Below are positions 48,653-60,317 of a stretch of DNA of 64,000 bases, in pieces. Each line of letters begins with the position of its first letter. Positions within the stretch are counted from its first letter, which is position 1. The notes beneath the pieces are model-generated. The model worked only from the letters and a program-made list of their open reading frames with translations. It was not told the origin of the DNA and searched no databases. Source of the stretch: an uncultured delta proteobacterium (GTDB lineage: Bacteria; Desulfobacterota; BSN033; UBA1163); NCBI GenBank assembly GCA_963731045.1, contig CAVSVC010000015.1:27235-91234 (forward strand), given 5' to 3'. The position numbers were made by a program, and so were the translations under genes.

Positions 48653-50271
48653 TTATTCCCACGGAAATCTGCTTTCTCTGAGGTCGAGCAGGATGCTTCC
48701 CCCGGCCACCTTCCCCTGTCCAACGGCCCTTGCAAGGGACGTTGCAAGAAGCTGGAGAGAACGATCCTGTGGGAAGACGGACTTCGCTCCTTCGATCATG
48801 GAAAGGGCTTCATGAAAATGCCCTGACCTGCACAGTGCCATCGCTTCTGCTACGGCGGGGACCACTCGATTCTTCAAATCCCTTACTTCCAGGGCCTCAT
48901 GATCGTACACCTCGGCAATCGTGACAGGGATGGAACTGCCCTTGATGAGAATTTCTCCGAGCAGGCGAAGCCGGTGAGGAGGTCCCTTCATGAGCTGGTC
49001 GGCCACCCGGTCCGAGATGACCATATCGACGCCGAGGTGTTTCGTCAACTCCTCGAGTCGCTTTGCCAGATTCACGGTCAGACCCAGTACGGTTGAGTCC
49101 ATCCGGGCGGGGGAGCCGATGGTTCCGAGAATGACGGGCCCGCTGTGGAGCCCGATTCCGATCCGGACCCTTCTACCGTCCGGCGGAACCTCTGTGTTGT
49201 TGAAATCCCGAACATCCGACAACAGATCCACTCCGCAGGCCACGGCCCTCTGCGCAGCCCCGGCTCCTTCAAAGAGGCACAGAAGGGCGTCTCCCAGGAA
49301 TTTATCGATGGTGCCCTGCCGGGTATCTACGATCCGGGTGAAACGTTTGAAGAGACGATTGACAAACCCCACAAGGTCACCGGGCGTCAAGTTCCTCCGA
49401 AAGCACTGTGAATCCCCGGATGTCGCAGGAGAGGATGGTGACCGTTTGCCGGTCGGCCTCTCCGAGATGAATGGAGCCTAAGCCGCCGGCAGCAATCCGC
49501 CGCAAATAAGCGGGGGGGACAAAGCGCTCAAAGACGTCCCGGGCCTCGTGAACCGTTTTTTCCAGAGCGCGCACATGGAGGGCCATCGCCGCCGTCAGAG
49601 AAAGGGAAAGCCACAGAGACGTGAACCAGATCACCTGGCCCTTCATCAAGGCGATGAGTGCCTACCGAACGAAGGGCGTCGTGAAGTCCGCCCAGCAACC
49701 AGAAGAGCAGTCCGATCACAACAGGGATCAGGTGCACGGGGCGTGGATTTCCGGAGCGCCGGATTCTCATCCACATCCACAGCAGGGAGAACAGACAGGC
49801 CGTGAGACAGAAGGAATAGATTGCGGGCTTCAGCAACCTGGACTGAGGACGAAGAATCTCCGGAGCCATCTGGTGGATCTCCAGGGGAAGACTGAGGAGA
49901 TAAGGACCCCTCCCCAAAAGGACAAAGCCGGTCAAGATGAGGGAGATCGCAGTAATGACCCACGATACGATCCGGGGTTTCTCGTTGAACAGAGAGGAGA
50001 TAAACCATGTCCAGCTGGCAGGCAGAAGGGCTAAGGCAGCCAGACTGATCCGATAACCGAGAAGGATTGACGGAGGCGATTTCTGCAGACCGTATGTGAC
50101 CTCGCCCCAGAAAAGAACCGCTGAGAAGAGGTAGAAAAGAAAAAGGCTACGCAAGGGGCTATAGGTGCGATAAAACCCCAGCATTGCCAGACAGAGAAGG
50201 GCGAAGATTCCGTTGACCGCGAATCCGATGAAATGACCGACGCTGTAAGAGGGAATGAAGTCAGGGAGCAC
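48653..50271 (-). CDS. membrane-anchored class III adenylate cyclase (N-terminal multi-TM domain; two frameshifts)
   Basis: ERFVP, CDIRGFT, KFLGDA, GIGLHSG, DSTVLG..VNLAKRLE. Confidence 0.85.
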
Positions 50272-50699
50272 CGATCGCTCTTAGTCCCAATAGGGGTTTC
50301 TCATCAGTACAGGATCTACCGATAAGTCTCCGCAGGGTGGATCGTGCAAAGAGAGTCCATCTTCTTTCCGATGGACGAAATCCCGAAATGCCGAGTTGCC
50401 CCTCCGTTCGCCAGGGACCTTGAGGTTGGTCTTGTGCGACAGGTCTGTTCCTCAAATTACCATGCCTGGAAGGTTTGTCAAGAGAAAAAAAGAGAGAGAA
50501 AAAGGAGAAAAGATGAAGAAGCGTCCCCCATCGGAAGGTGTGAACAAACGGGTCTTGTGTCACTTACACACGGAAGGACGGGAAGATCTCGGAAACCTTA
50601 CCCAGATCCCCTGTCGCCTCCTTTCAGGGGCGCTGGATCTAACGCCCCTGCAGCACTGTCAATCGATTCCCAAAGGCCTCGGGTAGACCCGGACCGGTT

Positions 50700-51251
50700 C
50701 TAATCGCCGTGTCTCCCTTTGCCTCTGCCTCTATCCCGATCTCTATCCCTGTCGCTGTCTTTCCCTCTGCCTCCCTCATGCTCCCATCTCTCTCCGTGCC
50801 ATTCCCTGCCGCCATGTTTTTCCCAGTGTTTTGTCTTCTCCCAAGCCCTCCAGTTCTTTTTGAGTTCTCCGTAGGGAATGTGTTTGCGGCTGTGTCCCGG
50901 GGGCAAGTGGCGATGATTCGGTGGCAGATGGACGAGGGCGACCGGAACCCGTTCAGGAGCGAGAAAGACCCAACGACCGTTGTAGGTATCGGACCGATAC
51001 CAATGACCCTGATGAGGGCGATACCAGTGGCCGCCAAAGAAGAAGATGTCTACCTCCACTTCCGGGGCATAGTAAACGTACGTCTGCGGTATGACCGTTA
51101 CTGGAGGCGGTACGTGGATCCTGAGGGGAGGCGGTGCGGGGATACTGATTCCAACATTGATATTGACCTCGGCAAAGACTCCTTTTAAATGGCCCATGCC
51201 GATGAAAAGCATGATCGCTGCCAATACGGCCACGAACGTAACCTTCTTCAT
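50700..51251 (-). CDS. secreted Pro/His/Trp-rich hypothetical protein with a charged tail
   Basis: AAGGAGG RBS, signal peptide, PAPPP, PPGH, IPYG, DRDRDR tail. Confidence 0.75.
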   Translation of the reverse strand: MKKVTFVAVLAAIMLFIGMGHLKGVFAEVNINVGISIPAPPPLRIHVPPPVTVIPQTYVYYAPEVEVDIFFFGGHWYRPHQGHWYRSDTYNGRWVFLAPERVPVALVHLPPNHRHLPPGHSRKHIPYGELKKNWRAWEKTKHWEKHGGREWHGERWEHEGGRGKDSDRDRDRDRGRGKGRHGD

Positions 51252-51647
51252 AGAGATAGCCTCCTTCGTTGCGGGACCTCAATTTACGAATCGCCCCCTT
51301 AAGGAGCAAATTCAATGCCAACAGGGAAGCGGATTTGACCACTTGAATTATAAGACAAATTTCCAAAAACAGGCTTCAAACCGACGCACGATGTGACACT
51401 TTTTGCCCCTTCTCCGACATCGAGTTCATTTTTGTCTGGTTATCCCCGTCTCAATCCATTCGCATGTGCCAGGATGATGATTGGCCCGGTGGAGATTTTG
51501 TTGGTGGAGATTTTGTTTGACAGGCTTTCTTTTGCATATTATGGTAGTACTCCGGAAGGGTTGAGAAGGAGCGTAGGTGAATTCTTCGATAAGTCTGTGC
51601 AGCTCCAGGTGAGTGGGGTCGGCCGACCGAATAGAGGGGTGAACGTC

Positions 51648-52766
51648 ATGGGCATGGATAACGCGATCTTCTTAGAGGTGATCGAGTGGTTTGACGAATC
51701 GGGAAACGAAATGGTTCACCGGATTCCCGAGAAAGGGTCCGGCGAGATCAAACTCGGAGCACAGTTGATCGTGCGGGAGAGTCAGGCTGCCGTCTTTTTC
51801 TACAATGGAAAGGCCTATGATGCCTTTGCTCCGGGCCGGCATACCTTGACGACGGCAAATATCCCCATTCTCAACAAAGTCCTCAGCCTGCCCTGGGGAG
51901 GGACCAGCCCCTTAAGAGCGGAAGTCTATTTCGCCAGCATGAAAGTCTTCCCGAACCTGAAATGGGGCACGCGCGACCCGGTTGCTTTCAAGGACTCCAA
52001 ACTCGGTTTGATTCGTCTCAGAGCTTTTGGGATCTTTAATGTGAGGGTGGTTCAACCTGTCCTTTTTGTGAATACCCTGGTAGGAACCCAGGGGGTCTAT
52101 ACGACGGAGGAGATTGAAGAGTATCTCAGCCAGGTCATCGTCTCACGGTTCAATGATTATCTTGGGGAGCATCTTGATACCGTCCTGAATCTCCCGGGCC
52201 AGTATGATAAGCTTGCGGCAGGCCTCGTTGGACGCCTGCAGAATGATCTGAGCCGCTACGGCCTGGGACTCTATCATCTGTACATCATGTCGATTACCCC
52301 TCCCCTGGAAGTGCAGAAGGCCATCGACGATAAGAGCCGACTGGGTATTTTTGATGATCTCAATCGTCTCTTAAAGCTGAAGGCAGCCATGGCCGTCGAG
52401 AAGGCATCCGAATCGCAAGCGGAAGCCGGAGCGGGCATGGGCATGGGGCTCGGGTTCATGATTCCCGCCCTGTATGCGGATTTTTTCAGAGACGCCCGTT
52501 CGCCGGGGTCTCTGGAGACGTTCCAATGCCCCGATTGCCACCATCCGGTTACAAAAGAGGCCAGGTTCTGTCCGGACTGCGGACACCAGTTACTCATCTT
52601 TCAACAGTGCTCTCAATGCGGAAAGAACCTGCCTCCCCAGGGGAGATTCTGTCCGAAGTGCGGGCACCCGGCAGGAGAAAAGCCCCGTTCCAGAAAATGC
52701 CCCCACTGCCATGGGGAGAATTTACCCGAGTCCATCTATTGCAACCAGTGCGGTGAAAAAATCTGA
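51648..52766 (+). CDS. SPFH/Band-7 (YdjI-like) protein with C-terminal zinc ribbons
   Basis: [28 protein letters not shown], six CxxC pairs. Confidence 0.87.
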   Translation: MGMDNAIFLEVIEWFDESGNEMVHRIPEKGSGEIKLGAQLIVRESQAAVFFYNGKAYDAFAPGRHTLTTANIPILNKVLSLPWGGTSPLRAEVYFASMKVFPNLKWGTRDPVAFKDSKLGLIRLRAFGIFNVRVVQPVLFVNTLVGTQGVYTTEEIEEYLSQVIVSRFNDYLGEHLDTVLNLPGQYDKLAAGLVGRLQNDLSRYGLGLYHLYIMSITPPLEVQKAIDDKSRLGIFDDLNRLLKLKAAMAVEKASESQAEAGAGMGMGLGFMIPALYADFFRDARSPGSLETFQCPDCHHPVTKEARFCPDCGHQLLIFQQCSQCGKNLPPQGRFCPKCGHPAGEKPRSRKCPHCHGENLPESIYCNQCGEKI

Positions 52767-54013
52767 AACCCTTTCCTGGAAGATTGAGCATGAATGCCCT
52801 CAATGCGGGGGTCCCGTCACGCTGGAGGAGACCGACCGCCTTTTTTCCTGTGCCTACTGTAGGGTCAGGCTCTATCTTCTGTCTCGGGACTACTTCAGAT
52901 ACTCTCTCCCCGCGTCCGAATCTTTCTCCAGGGATATTCTCTTTGTCCCCTATTGGCGGTTCAAAGGGACCGTCTTCTTCTGTACCGCCAATGGAATAAA
53001 ACACACGTTCAATGATGTCAGTTCTTTAGCCTCTCTCCCACGCATTCCTGCCGAACTCCCTCGGTTTCAGACCGCAAACCTTGAAGCTGAGGTTTCTTTC
53101 CGCTAAAAGGGAGGGAAGGTTCTTTCAGCGTCAGGTCCCTCTGAGCAGGGTTGTTCAAAACATCGAAAAGCGATTTAAGCTTGCTGAGGACCTCGGTTCT
53201 TCGGACCCTATTTATCATGAGGCATTCATCGGCGAATCGGTCAGTTTGATTTATTCCCCGGTGTTCATTCAGGGACGCACGTTTCATGATGCGGTCCTCG
53301 GAACGTCTGTGGCTTCCATACCGGAGGATTTCGTTGACGACCTCCTGACCTTTGATCAGGAGAAGAATTGGGAGGTTCGTTTTGTATCGACGTTATGTCC
53401 TCGATGCGGGTGGGACCTTCTCGGCGAAAGGGACAGCGTTGTTCTCTTCTGCAAAAAATGCGATTCCGTATGGGAGACGTCTGAAGGCGGTTTGAAAGAA
53501 ATCGATTTCGGGATGATCCCGGTGAAGGAGGAGAAGGCTGTCTATCTGCCCTTCTGGAAGATGGAGGCCGCCATCGAAGGGCTTGCGGTTCGATCCTATG
53601 CCGATTTGTTACGGATGGCCAACGCCCCCGTCGCCTTCAAGAAGGAGTGGGAGGACTTGGGTTTCTATTTCTGGGCCCCGGCCTTTAAGATTCCTCCTGC
53701 CCCCTTCCTGAGATCAACCCAGGCCCTGACGCTTTCCGAACCCCAAGGGGAGGTGGAAAGGGGTTTACCCCCTTTACCTCTTTATGCGGCCAACTTCCCT
53801 TCAAATGAAGCCGCGGAGAGCATAAAACTGACCCTTGCCAATATTGCCGCCGACAAGACGAGGTTTTTTCCCAGGCTCAGGGAGATAGGGATTCAGGTCA
53901 GAAAGCATGAATTGATTTTTCTACCCTTTATATCCGTGGGAAATGAATTTGTGCAATCCCACACCCGAGTCTGCATCCACAGAAACTTTCTCCAACTGGG
54001 AAGATCTCTCTGA
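52753..54013 (+). CDS. zinc-ribbon hypothetical protein overlapping the SPFH gene end (frameshift near 53040)
   Basis: CPQCGG..CAYC, PYWRF, CPRCG..CKKC, LPFW. Confidence 0.7.
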
Positions 54014-54287
54014 AGCAAGAACACCGTGTCAGAGAAATTGGGCAATTTTTTTTGTTTGATGTCAGAACGTTTCATGCTATACTTTCATTTATCATATCCC
54101 ATCTAACAACCATTTTATCATAGAGCCGTTTGCGTTTTACCACGCGCCCGTCTTGCCAGGGCGAAGACCCGTTTGAGGCGGAGAAAAGCCGGAAGATTTA
54201 CGGTTTTCCGGAGAATCGGGATCGGCGATTCTCCGGAGGCACGAGAGGTGCGTCTGTTTCAGGGTTGCAGTTCAGAGGAGGGAAAAA

Positions 54288-54963
54288 ATGAAACTTTTCA
54301 ACATCATATTGGTTCCATGCAATTCGGCCGGCGACTTTTACGCGAAATTCAAGAAGAGGATGGTCTTTCACACTGTCCTGGAAACGGCCAAACTGGTTTT
54401 CATCGTTCTGGTGAGCGTTTTCTTTATGCTGGAGTATCTTCTGCCTTTTGTCCAGACGACCCTGCATGTCAACCTTCCGGCGGGATCTTTCGCGATGACG
54501 AAATCCGGCCAAGATGCGGACGTGAAAGAAGTCCTGACCCTTGCCAAGATGATTCGACTGATCACCGATCATCAGGTTTCGGAGAGTAAAGCCTTGAGGT
54601 ATGCCGGATTGATCTGCCACGCCTCACAAAAATATGAAGTGAATCCGCTGGAAATCATTGCGCTCATCATGGCGGAGAGCTGTTTCAAGGAAAACAGTAT
54701 CAATAAAGAAACAGGCGATTACGGGCTCGGGCAGATCAACTGGGAACACTGGGGCAAGGACTATCGATACTCGCCCCAGGAGCTCTTGGACCCCTCGGTC
54801 AATATCTTCCTGACCTGTCATGTCTACAACTTCTTCGGAAAGGATATTCGGAAAGTACCACCGGGGCAACGGCATCCAGTCCAGGGCTTACATCGTGAAT
54901 GTGAAAGGCATTCTTTCGACGTTGAATGCGTTTGCCGAATTGGATAAGGAGAATATTTCCTGA
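54288..54963 (+). CDS. membrane-anchored lytic transglycosylase (SLT domain); frameshift near 54845
   Basis: ALIMAES catalytic Glu, GLGQIN, LLDPSVNI; shifted frame gives YHRG...AYIVNV. Confidence 0.8.
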
Positions 54964-55046
54964 AAGCGGGTACGCTGAGAGACGAAACGAATCCTGGCCG
55001 AAAGGATTGATGCCTATCTCCCGCGGAAATCTCAAAGGAGCGAACG

Positions 55047-56636
55047 TCAAAGTTTAGGCCGGGACAATACCTTGCCCGCCCGGATCCCCGTTAATCTCTG
55101 TCCTGAAACAGCCGGCTGTCCGTTCACGATCACGTGTTCGATGCCTTCCGGGTACTGGTGAGGTTTCTGAAAGGTCGCCCTGTCCTTTACGGTGGCAGGG
55201 TTAAAGACGGTGATGTCGGCGATCATCCCTTCTCTGATCAATCCGCGGTCCTTCAGGCCGATGCGATTGGCAGGGGCCGAGGTCATCTTTCGGACCGCGT
55301 CCTCCAGCGTGAGGATACCGTCTTCCCGCACGTATTTGCCGAGAACCCTTGGAAAGGTTCCGTAGTACCTTGGATGAACCGCTCCCTTGCCAAATTGCAC
55401 AAGGCTTCCGTCGGATGCCACCATCCCATCGGGAGACCTCATGATCCGGACCACATCCTCCTCCTGCATGCTGAAGGAGACGACACCGACGTCCCCGGCA
55501 AGGAGGATGTCGATTGCCGCATCCACAGGTTCTTTCTCTTTGATCCTACCGATCTCGGCAAGATGTTTCCCCTCCAGGCCCGGATCATGAGCAACGATGA
55601 CGAGGAAGAGATTTTCCGGGCCTCCCCTCTTTTCTATGGACAGGAGCATTTCAGCCCGGATCTTCTCCCGAGTCGCAGGATCGAGAAGACGTTCTTTCAT
55701 TCTGACTTCGCCCCCGGCCTGGGCCCAACGGGGGACGACCGCTCCAGTGAGGCTGGTGGATGAGGCGTCGTAAGGATACTGGTCGAAGGTGACATCCACG
55801 CCTCTGTCTCGTGCAGCCCTGATGAGATCGAGGACCTCGGCTGATTTTCCCCAAACGGGCCTGCCCAGCGCTTTCAAGTGAGATATCTGCACGGGAATCT
55901 TTGACTTCTCTCCGATTTCGATGGCCTCTTTCACCGCTGCAGTCAGACCGACATGATAGTCGCTTTCGTCCCGGATGTGGCTTGCATAGATACCGCCGTA
56001 CCGGACTGCCACCCGGGCCAGCTCCACGACCTCTTCGGTTCGGCTGTAAGAACCCGGCGCATAGAAGAGGCCGGTTGACATGCCGATGGCCCCCTGCTGC
56101 ATGGCTTCGGCCAGCAGGGCCTTTATCCGCTTCATTTCGTTCTGCGTCGGGGTACGGTCAGCCATGCCCATCACCTGTCTTCGAATGGTTGCCTGACCGA
56201 CCAGAAGCGCAAAGTTGATTCCCAGACCGGACCTTTTCAGACGGACGAGGCTTTCCCCGACAGGGTAGACGGACTCCCCGCAATTTCCTCCCACGAGGGT
56301 CGTTACACCCTGGCGGAGATAGTTGTAAGCGAGAGGAAGTCTCTCGATTTCCTCGTCGGTATGGGTGTGGAGGTCGATGAATCCCGGCGCAATCACCAGG
56401 CCGGTCGCGTCGATCCGTTTGTCTGCCTTTGCCGCCTTCAGAAGACCGATCTTCGCAATGCGGCTCCTTCGAATCCCCACATCCCCGTAGTACCACGGCC
56501 CGCCTGTGCCGTCGACGATCTTTCCTCCCTGGAGGATGATGTCATAGGAACGGGAAACGGAGGCCCTCGAGAGGGTGATGCTGAAGACGGGAAGGAACAG
56601 GGCAGATACGGTCAATCCTGCGATGAAGGGCCTCAT
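55047..56636 (-). CDS. N-acyl-D-amino-acid deacylase (amidohydrolase) with a signal peptide
   Basis: APGFIDLHTH, GNCG, STGLFYAPG, SHIRDE, SHLK, HPRYYGTFPR. Confidence 0.88.
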   Translation of the reverse strand: MRPFIAGLTVSALFLPVFSITLSRASVSRSYDIILQGGKIVDGTGGPWYYGDVGIRRSRIAKIGLLKAAKADKRIDATGLVIAPGFIDLHTHTDEEIERLPLAYNYLRQGVTTLVGGNCGESVYPVGESLVRLKRSGLGINFALLVGQATIRRQVMGMADRTPTQNEMKRIKALLAEAMQQGAIGMSTGLFYAPGSYSRTEEVVELARVAVRYGGIYASHIRDESDYHVGLTAAVKEAIEIGEKSKIPVQISHLKALGRPVWGKSAEVLDLIRAARDRGVDVTFDQYPYDASSTSLTGAVVPRWAQAGGEVRMKERLLDPATREKIRAEMLLSIEKRGGPENLFLVIVAHDPGLEGKHLAEIGRIKEKEPVDAAIDILLAGDVGVVSFSMQEEDVVRIMRSPDGMVASDGSLVQFGKGAVHPRYYGTFPRVLGKYVREDGILTLEDAVRKMTSAPANRIGLKDRGLIREGMIADITVFNPATVKDRATFQKPHQYPEGIEHVIVNGQPAVSGQRLTGIRAGKVLSRPKL

Positions 56637-56803
56637 CCTCTTGTTTTCCCCCGGAAGGAATGATCCATAAGAAGATGTACCAGAGTGAAGAGGGCAAGTC
56701 AACCCTTCGAGGCAACGGGTGGGAAGATCCGGGATCTCGTTTGACAGGATTTCATCCTTTGAGGCATGATATGATTCATGCCTCAAAGGGAAGGGACCCC
56801 ACC

Positions 56804-57529
56804 ATGCTGCATCTGAAAGAAGTGAGACTCTTAGCAGACCGATTTCCCACAACGGATCATTACCCCTTCAATCTCCAGGTGCTGCAACAGACCCGGAGGG
56901 TATCCTTCTCTTCACCGGTCACCTTCTTCGTCGGGGAGAATGGGTCCGGCAAATCGACGCTTCTGGAGGCCCTGGCCCGCCGGTGTCAGATACACATCTG
57001 GAGCGGGGAGGAGAGAACCCGTGCAGTGGTGAATCCCTACGAGCAGAGGTTGTTCCTCTACACAGAAGTGGACTGGACAGAGGGTCCCCTGCCGGGATCG
57101 TTCTTTTCAGCCCAGATCTTTCGGAACTTTGCCCAACTGGTGGACGAATGGGAGGCTGACAACCCGGGACAGATCGACTATTTTGGCGGAAAGTCGCTCT
57201 TGACCCAGTCCCACGGCCAGTCGCTCATGTCATTCTTCAGAGCCCGTTATAAAATCAAGGGGCTCTATCTCCTGGATGAGCCGGAGACCGCTCTCTCCCC
57301 CAGAAGCCAGGTCGGGCTCCTGAAGCTTCTTCAGGAAATGAGCGGACTGGGACATGCCCAATTCATCATTGCCACGCACTCCCCCATCTTGCTGGCCTGT
57401 CCGGATGCCGTCATCTATAGTTTCGACCACGCCCCGGTCAGAAACATCCATTACGAGGAGACGGAGCACTACCGTATTTACAAGCACTTCATGGAAAACG
57501 GGATCAAATATCTTGACCCGTCGACATAA
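56804..57529 (+). CDS. stand-alone ABC-like predicted ATPase
   Basis: GENGSGKST, SHGQ, LLDEPE, ATHSP. Confidence 0.85.
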   Translation: MLHLKEVRLLADRFPTTDHYPFNLQVLQQTRRVSFSSPVTFFVGENGSGKSTLLEALARRCQIHIWSGEERTRAVVNPYEQRLFLYTEVDWTEGPLPGSFFSAQIFRNFAQLVDEWEADNPGQIDYFGGKSLLTQSHGQSLMSFFRARYKIKGLYLLDEPETALSPRSQVGLLKLLQEMSGLGHAQFIIATHSPILLACPDAVIYSFDHAPVRNIHYEETEHYRIYKHFMENGIKYLDPST

Positions 57530-57558
57530 CATCGGTGGAATCGTAAGGAGGCTGATGC

Positions 57559-58605
57559 ATGTCTGTGTCCAACCAAAAAGATCCAAACAGGGATTTGTCC
57601 ACCTTCCCCCCTTACCTGCAGATTTACTTTCTGAGCAAAGGTGCGGCGATTTCGACTGCCCTCTCGTTGATCGCGGAGTTGGGTGTCGCCGATCTCGTTG
57701 CAGAGGGTCCAAAAAGCAGTGAAGCCCTTGCCCGGGCGACGTCAACGCATCCGGGCGCCCTCGACCGGGTTTTGCACCTTCTGAGCAGTGTCGGCGTATT
57801 TACGGAAGTCTCCCCCGGTTGCTTCGGCTTAACGCCTCTCGGAGAATGCCTGCGCACCGGCACACCCGGATCGATGAGGTCATGGGTGAGAATGGCGGGT
57901 TTCAAGGTATGGTACCAGGTCTATCCTGAAGCGCTTTACAGCCTCCGGACCGGTCAACCCGCGTTCAGGAAAACGGTCGGAGCGGACTTCTTTGACTACC
58001 TTGCCGCACACCCCGACGAAGACGCTCTCTTCAATGAAGCGATGACAAACTTCGGCCAGGAGAACTCCCCTGCGGTGATCCAGGCCTATGACTTCTCCGG
58101 CATTCATAAGATCGTTGATGTGGGGGGCAGCCACGGGTCACTCCTTCTGGCCATCCTGCAAGCCCATCCTGAAATGACGGGGATGCTGTTTGACCTGCCC
58201 CACGTGGCAGAGAGCGCCCGCAAAAGGATCGCAGAGGCCGGCTTTGCTCACCGCTGCGAGGTTGTCAAGGGCGACTTCTTCGTTTCGTTGCCTGCCGGCT
58301 GCGATGCCTACCTGCTGCGATGGATCATCCACGACTGGGACGACGAGCGCGCCCTGAAGATCCTTCAGACCTGCCGCAGCGCCATGAAGAGAACGGCCCG
58401 CCTCCTGCTCGTCGAGGCTATCATCCCTCACGAAGATGCGCTTCACGCCGGCAAAGTCATCGACTTCGACATGCTGGTGGCCTTAGGCGGAAAGGAGCGC
58501 ACGGAGGAGGAATATTCAGCCCTCTTTGACGCGAGCGGCTTCCGTCTGAATCGAATCCTTCCCACAGCTTCCCCCATGTGCATTATCGAAGGGATACCGA
58601 GGTAA
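57559..58605 (+). CDS. SAM-dependent O-methyltransferase with a dimerisation domain
   Basis: VDVGGSHG, FDLPHV, GDFF, IIHDW, ERT. Confidence 0.88.
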   Translation: MSVSNQKDPNRDLSTFPPYLQIYFLSKGAAISTALSLIAELGVADLVAEGPKSSEALARATSTHPGALDRVLHLLSSVGVFTEVSPGCFGLTPLGECLRTGTPGSMRSWVRMAGFKVWYQVYPEALYSLRTGQPAFRKTVGADFFDYLAAHPDEDALFNEAMTNFGQENSPAVIQAYDFSGIHKIVDVGGSHGSLLLAILQAHPEMTGMLFDLPHVAESARKRIAEAGFAHRCEVVKGDFFVSLPAGCDAYLLRWIIHDWDDERALKILQTCRSAMKRTARLLLVEAIIPHEDALHAGKVIDFDMLVALGGKERTEEEYSALFDASGFRLNRILPTASPMCIIEGIPR

Positions 58606-58829
58606 GTGAAACAGGATTCTTTGATAAATCAAGCCGTTCGACAGGTGGGATTCGAGCTGGGGATTTAGCTCAATTCTGGCTGTTCGTCAGGCAAAACGAC
58701 GGTCCTCCCCCTTCCAACAGCTACAGGATAAAACCGGATAGAATACCCAATTCACCCCATTTACATTCCTGAGAATTTTTGATAAGATGGAAGAGATTGT
58801 TGCAACTTTGCGACGAAGATGGAGTAATC

Positions 58830-59222
58830 GTGCAAAAGATCCTGATCGTCGACGACAACATCCTATTTCGAAAACTCCTGAGGGAGAGTTTGCAGTCTCA
58901 ATCCCCCTCTCTCATCATATCGGAGGCAAGGGATGGAGAGGAGGCTCTGCGGATGGTGCTGACCGACCACCCCGACCTGATCTTTATGGACATCCGCTTG
59001 CCCAACGGAAATGGCCTGGAACTCACCCGCTTGATCAAAGACCTGAATATCGGCATCAAGGTTGTCATACTGACCAGTTATGACCAACCTGAGTATCGTG
59101 ACGCGGCGTTCCGTAATAGGGCCGATCATTATGCCTCAAAGGACTCCTTTATGTCTCTGATCAACGGTCTTTTTTCACCGAATTCGGTTGGCGGAGAAGG
59201 TGTGAAGAAATCAAGAGGTTAG
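58830..59222 (+). CDS. single-domain response regulator (receiver)
   Basis: ILIVDD, MDIRLP..NGL, LTS, K. Confidence 0.85.
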   Translation: MQKILIVDDNILFRKLLRESLQSQSPSLIISEARDGEEALRMVLTDHPDLIFMDIRLPNGNGLELTRLIKDLNIGIKVVILTSYDQPEYRDAAFRNRADHYASKDSFMSLINGLFSPNSVGGEGVKKSRG

Positions 59223-59503
59223 GAAGACAATACCCTGCCGGAACAAAGGGGCGGAGCCCCATTTGCCGCACCTTCTCACTTTGATCCCGAAAACCCATTT
59301 CGATCCCCCTTTCCGACGACTACGCAAAGGCCCCGTATCATGCCGATTCTCGATTGAATTGAGATCCGGGTGGGCTTTTCCTTATTTCTGACAGAAGATC
59401 GGGCAGGAGAGTGTTCCGGTTTCGCTCTGTGATTTCATAAAGATGGGAGTCAGGCCTCCTCTTCAGCTCGGAGACGAATCCTTCTCCCCTCTCATCTTCT
59501 CGG

Positions 59504-60286
59504 CTAAGGGGTAAAGAGCGGATTTGGACTGTCGATCAGGGAAGGGGCACCGCCTTCTCCCGTGACTTCCTCGTATTCAGGGGCAACGATTCCCCTCCGC
59601 ACCATCATATCATAAATGAGATTTGAACGTTGAACGACGTATCGCTGATTTCCAGCAGGGTTGTATCGCCTTGGGTTCGGCAGAACGGCCGCAAGCCGAG
59701 CCGCTTCCCGAGGGGCCAAATCAGAGGAGGGTTTTCCGTAATAGTGTCTCGATGCCGCTTCGACTCCGTACAGGCCTTCCCCCCACTCTACCCCGTTCAG
59801 ATAAAGTTCCAGGATCCTTCGCTTGGAGAGTACCTTTTCCATTCTCCAGGTAATGACGGCCTCGACTATCTTTCTGAAGGGGTTCTTGGCAGGGGAGAGA
59901 TAGAGATTTCTTGCAAGCTGCTGGCTGATGGTGCTCCCCCCGAACTTGAACTTCCGGCTTTTGATATCTTTTTCAATTGCTTCCCGTATCGCCTCGTAAT
60001 CAAAACCCTCATGCCTCCAGAACTTATCGTCTTCAGCGATCAGGACGGCCTTGACCAGATAGGGGGATACCCTGGAGAGAGAAACCCAGACTTGTTGAAT
60101 TCTGATTTTTCGTCCCTTCTCTGCCCATTCCCTCTCACGATATTTCATGAAAGCCGTTTTTTGAAGGTTCCCTTTTTTCAGTTTTGAGAGGTCAGGCATC
60201 CAGAGAAGATAGGCGAGGGACAGGGCTGCGAAGAAAACAAGAACGAACCCGCAACCTTTCAACCATTTGTTCCTTGCCCTTGTCAT
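59504..60286 (-). CDS. mtgA: monofunctional peptidoglycan transglycosylase
   Basis: AEDDKF..HEGFD, GGSTISQQLARNL, RK..E, ELYLN. Confidence 0.9.
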   Translation of the reverse strand: MTRARNKWLKGCGFVLVFFAALSLAYLLWMPDLSKLKKGNLQKTAFMKYREREWAEKGRKIRIQQVWVSLSRVSPYLVKAVLIAEDDKFWRHEGFDYEAIREAIEKDIKSRKFKFGGSTISQQLARNLYLSPAKNPFRKIVEAVITWRMEKVLSKRRILELYLNGVEWGEGLYGVEAASRHYYGKPSSDLAPREAARLAAVLPNPRRYNPAGNQRYVVQRSNLIYDMMVRRGIVAPEYEEVTGEGGAPSLIDSPNPLFTP

Positions 60287-60317
60287 GCGGAGTTTCCCAC
60301 GGTCAGCCTCTCTGTCT

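Noticed and set aside
57559-58605. O-methyltransferase as part of the aromatic island
   Set aside because: It is over 30 kb away among unrelated genes; no evidence of linkage
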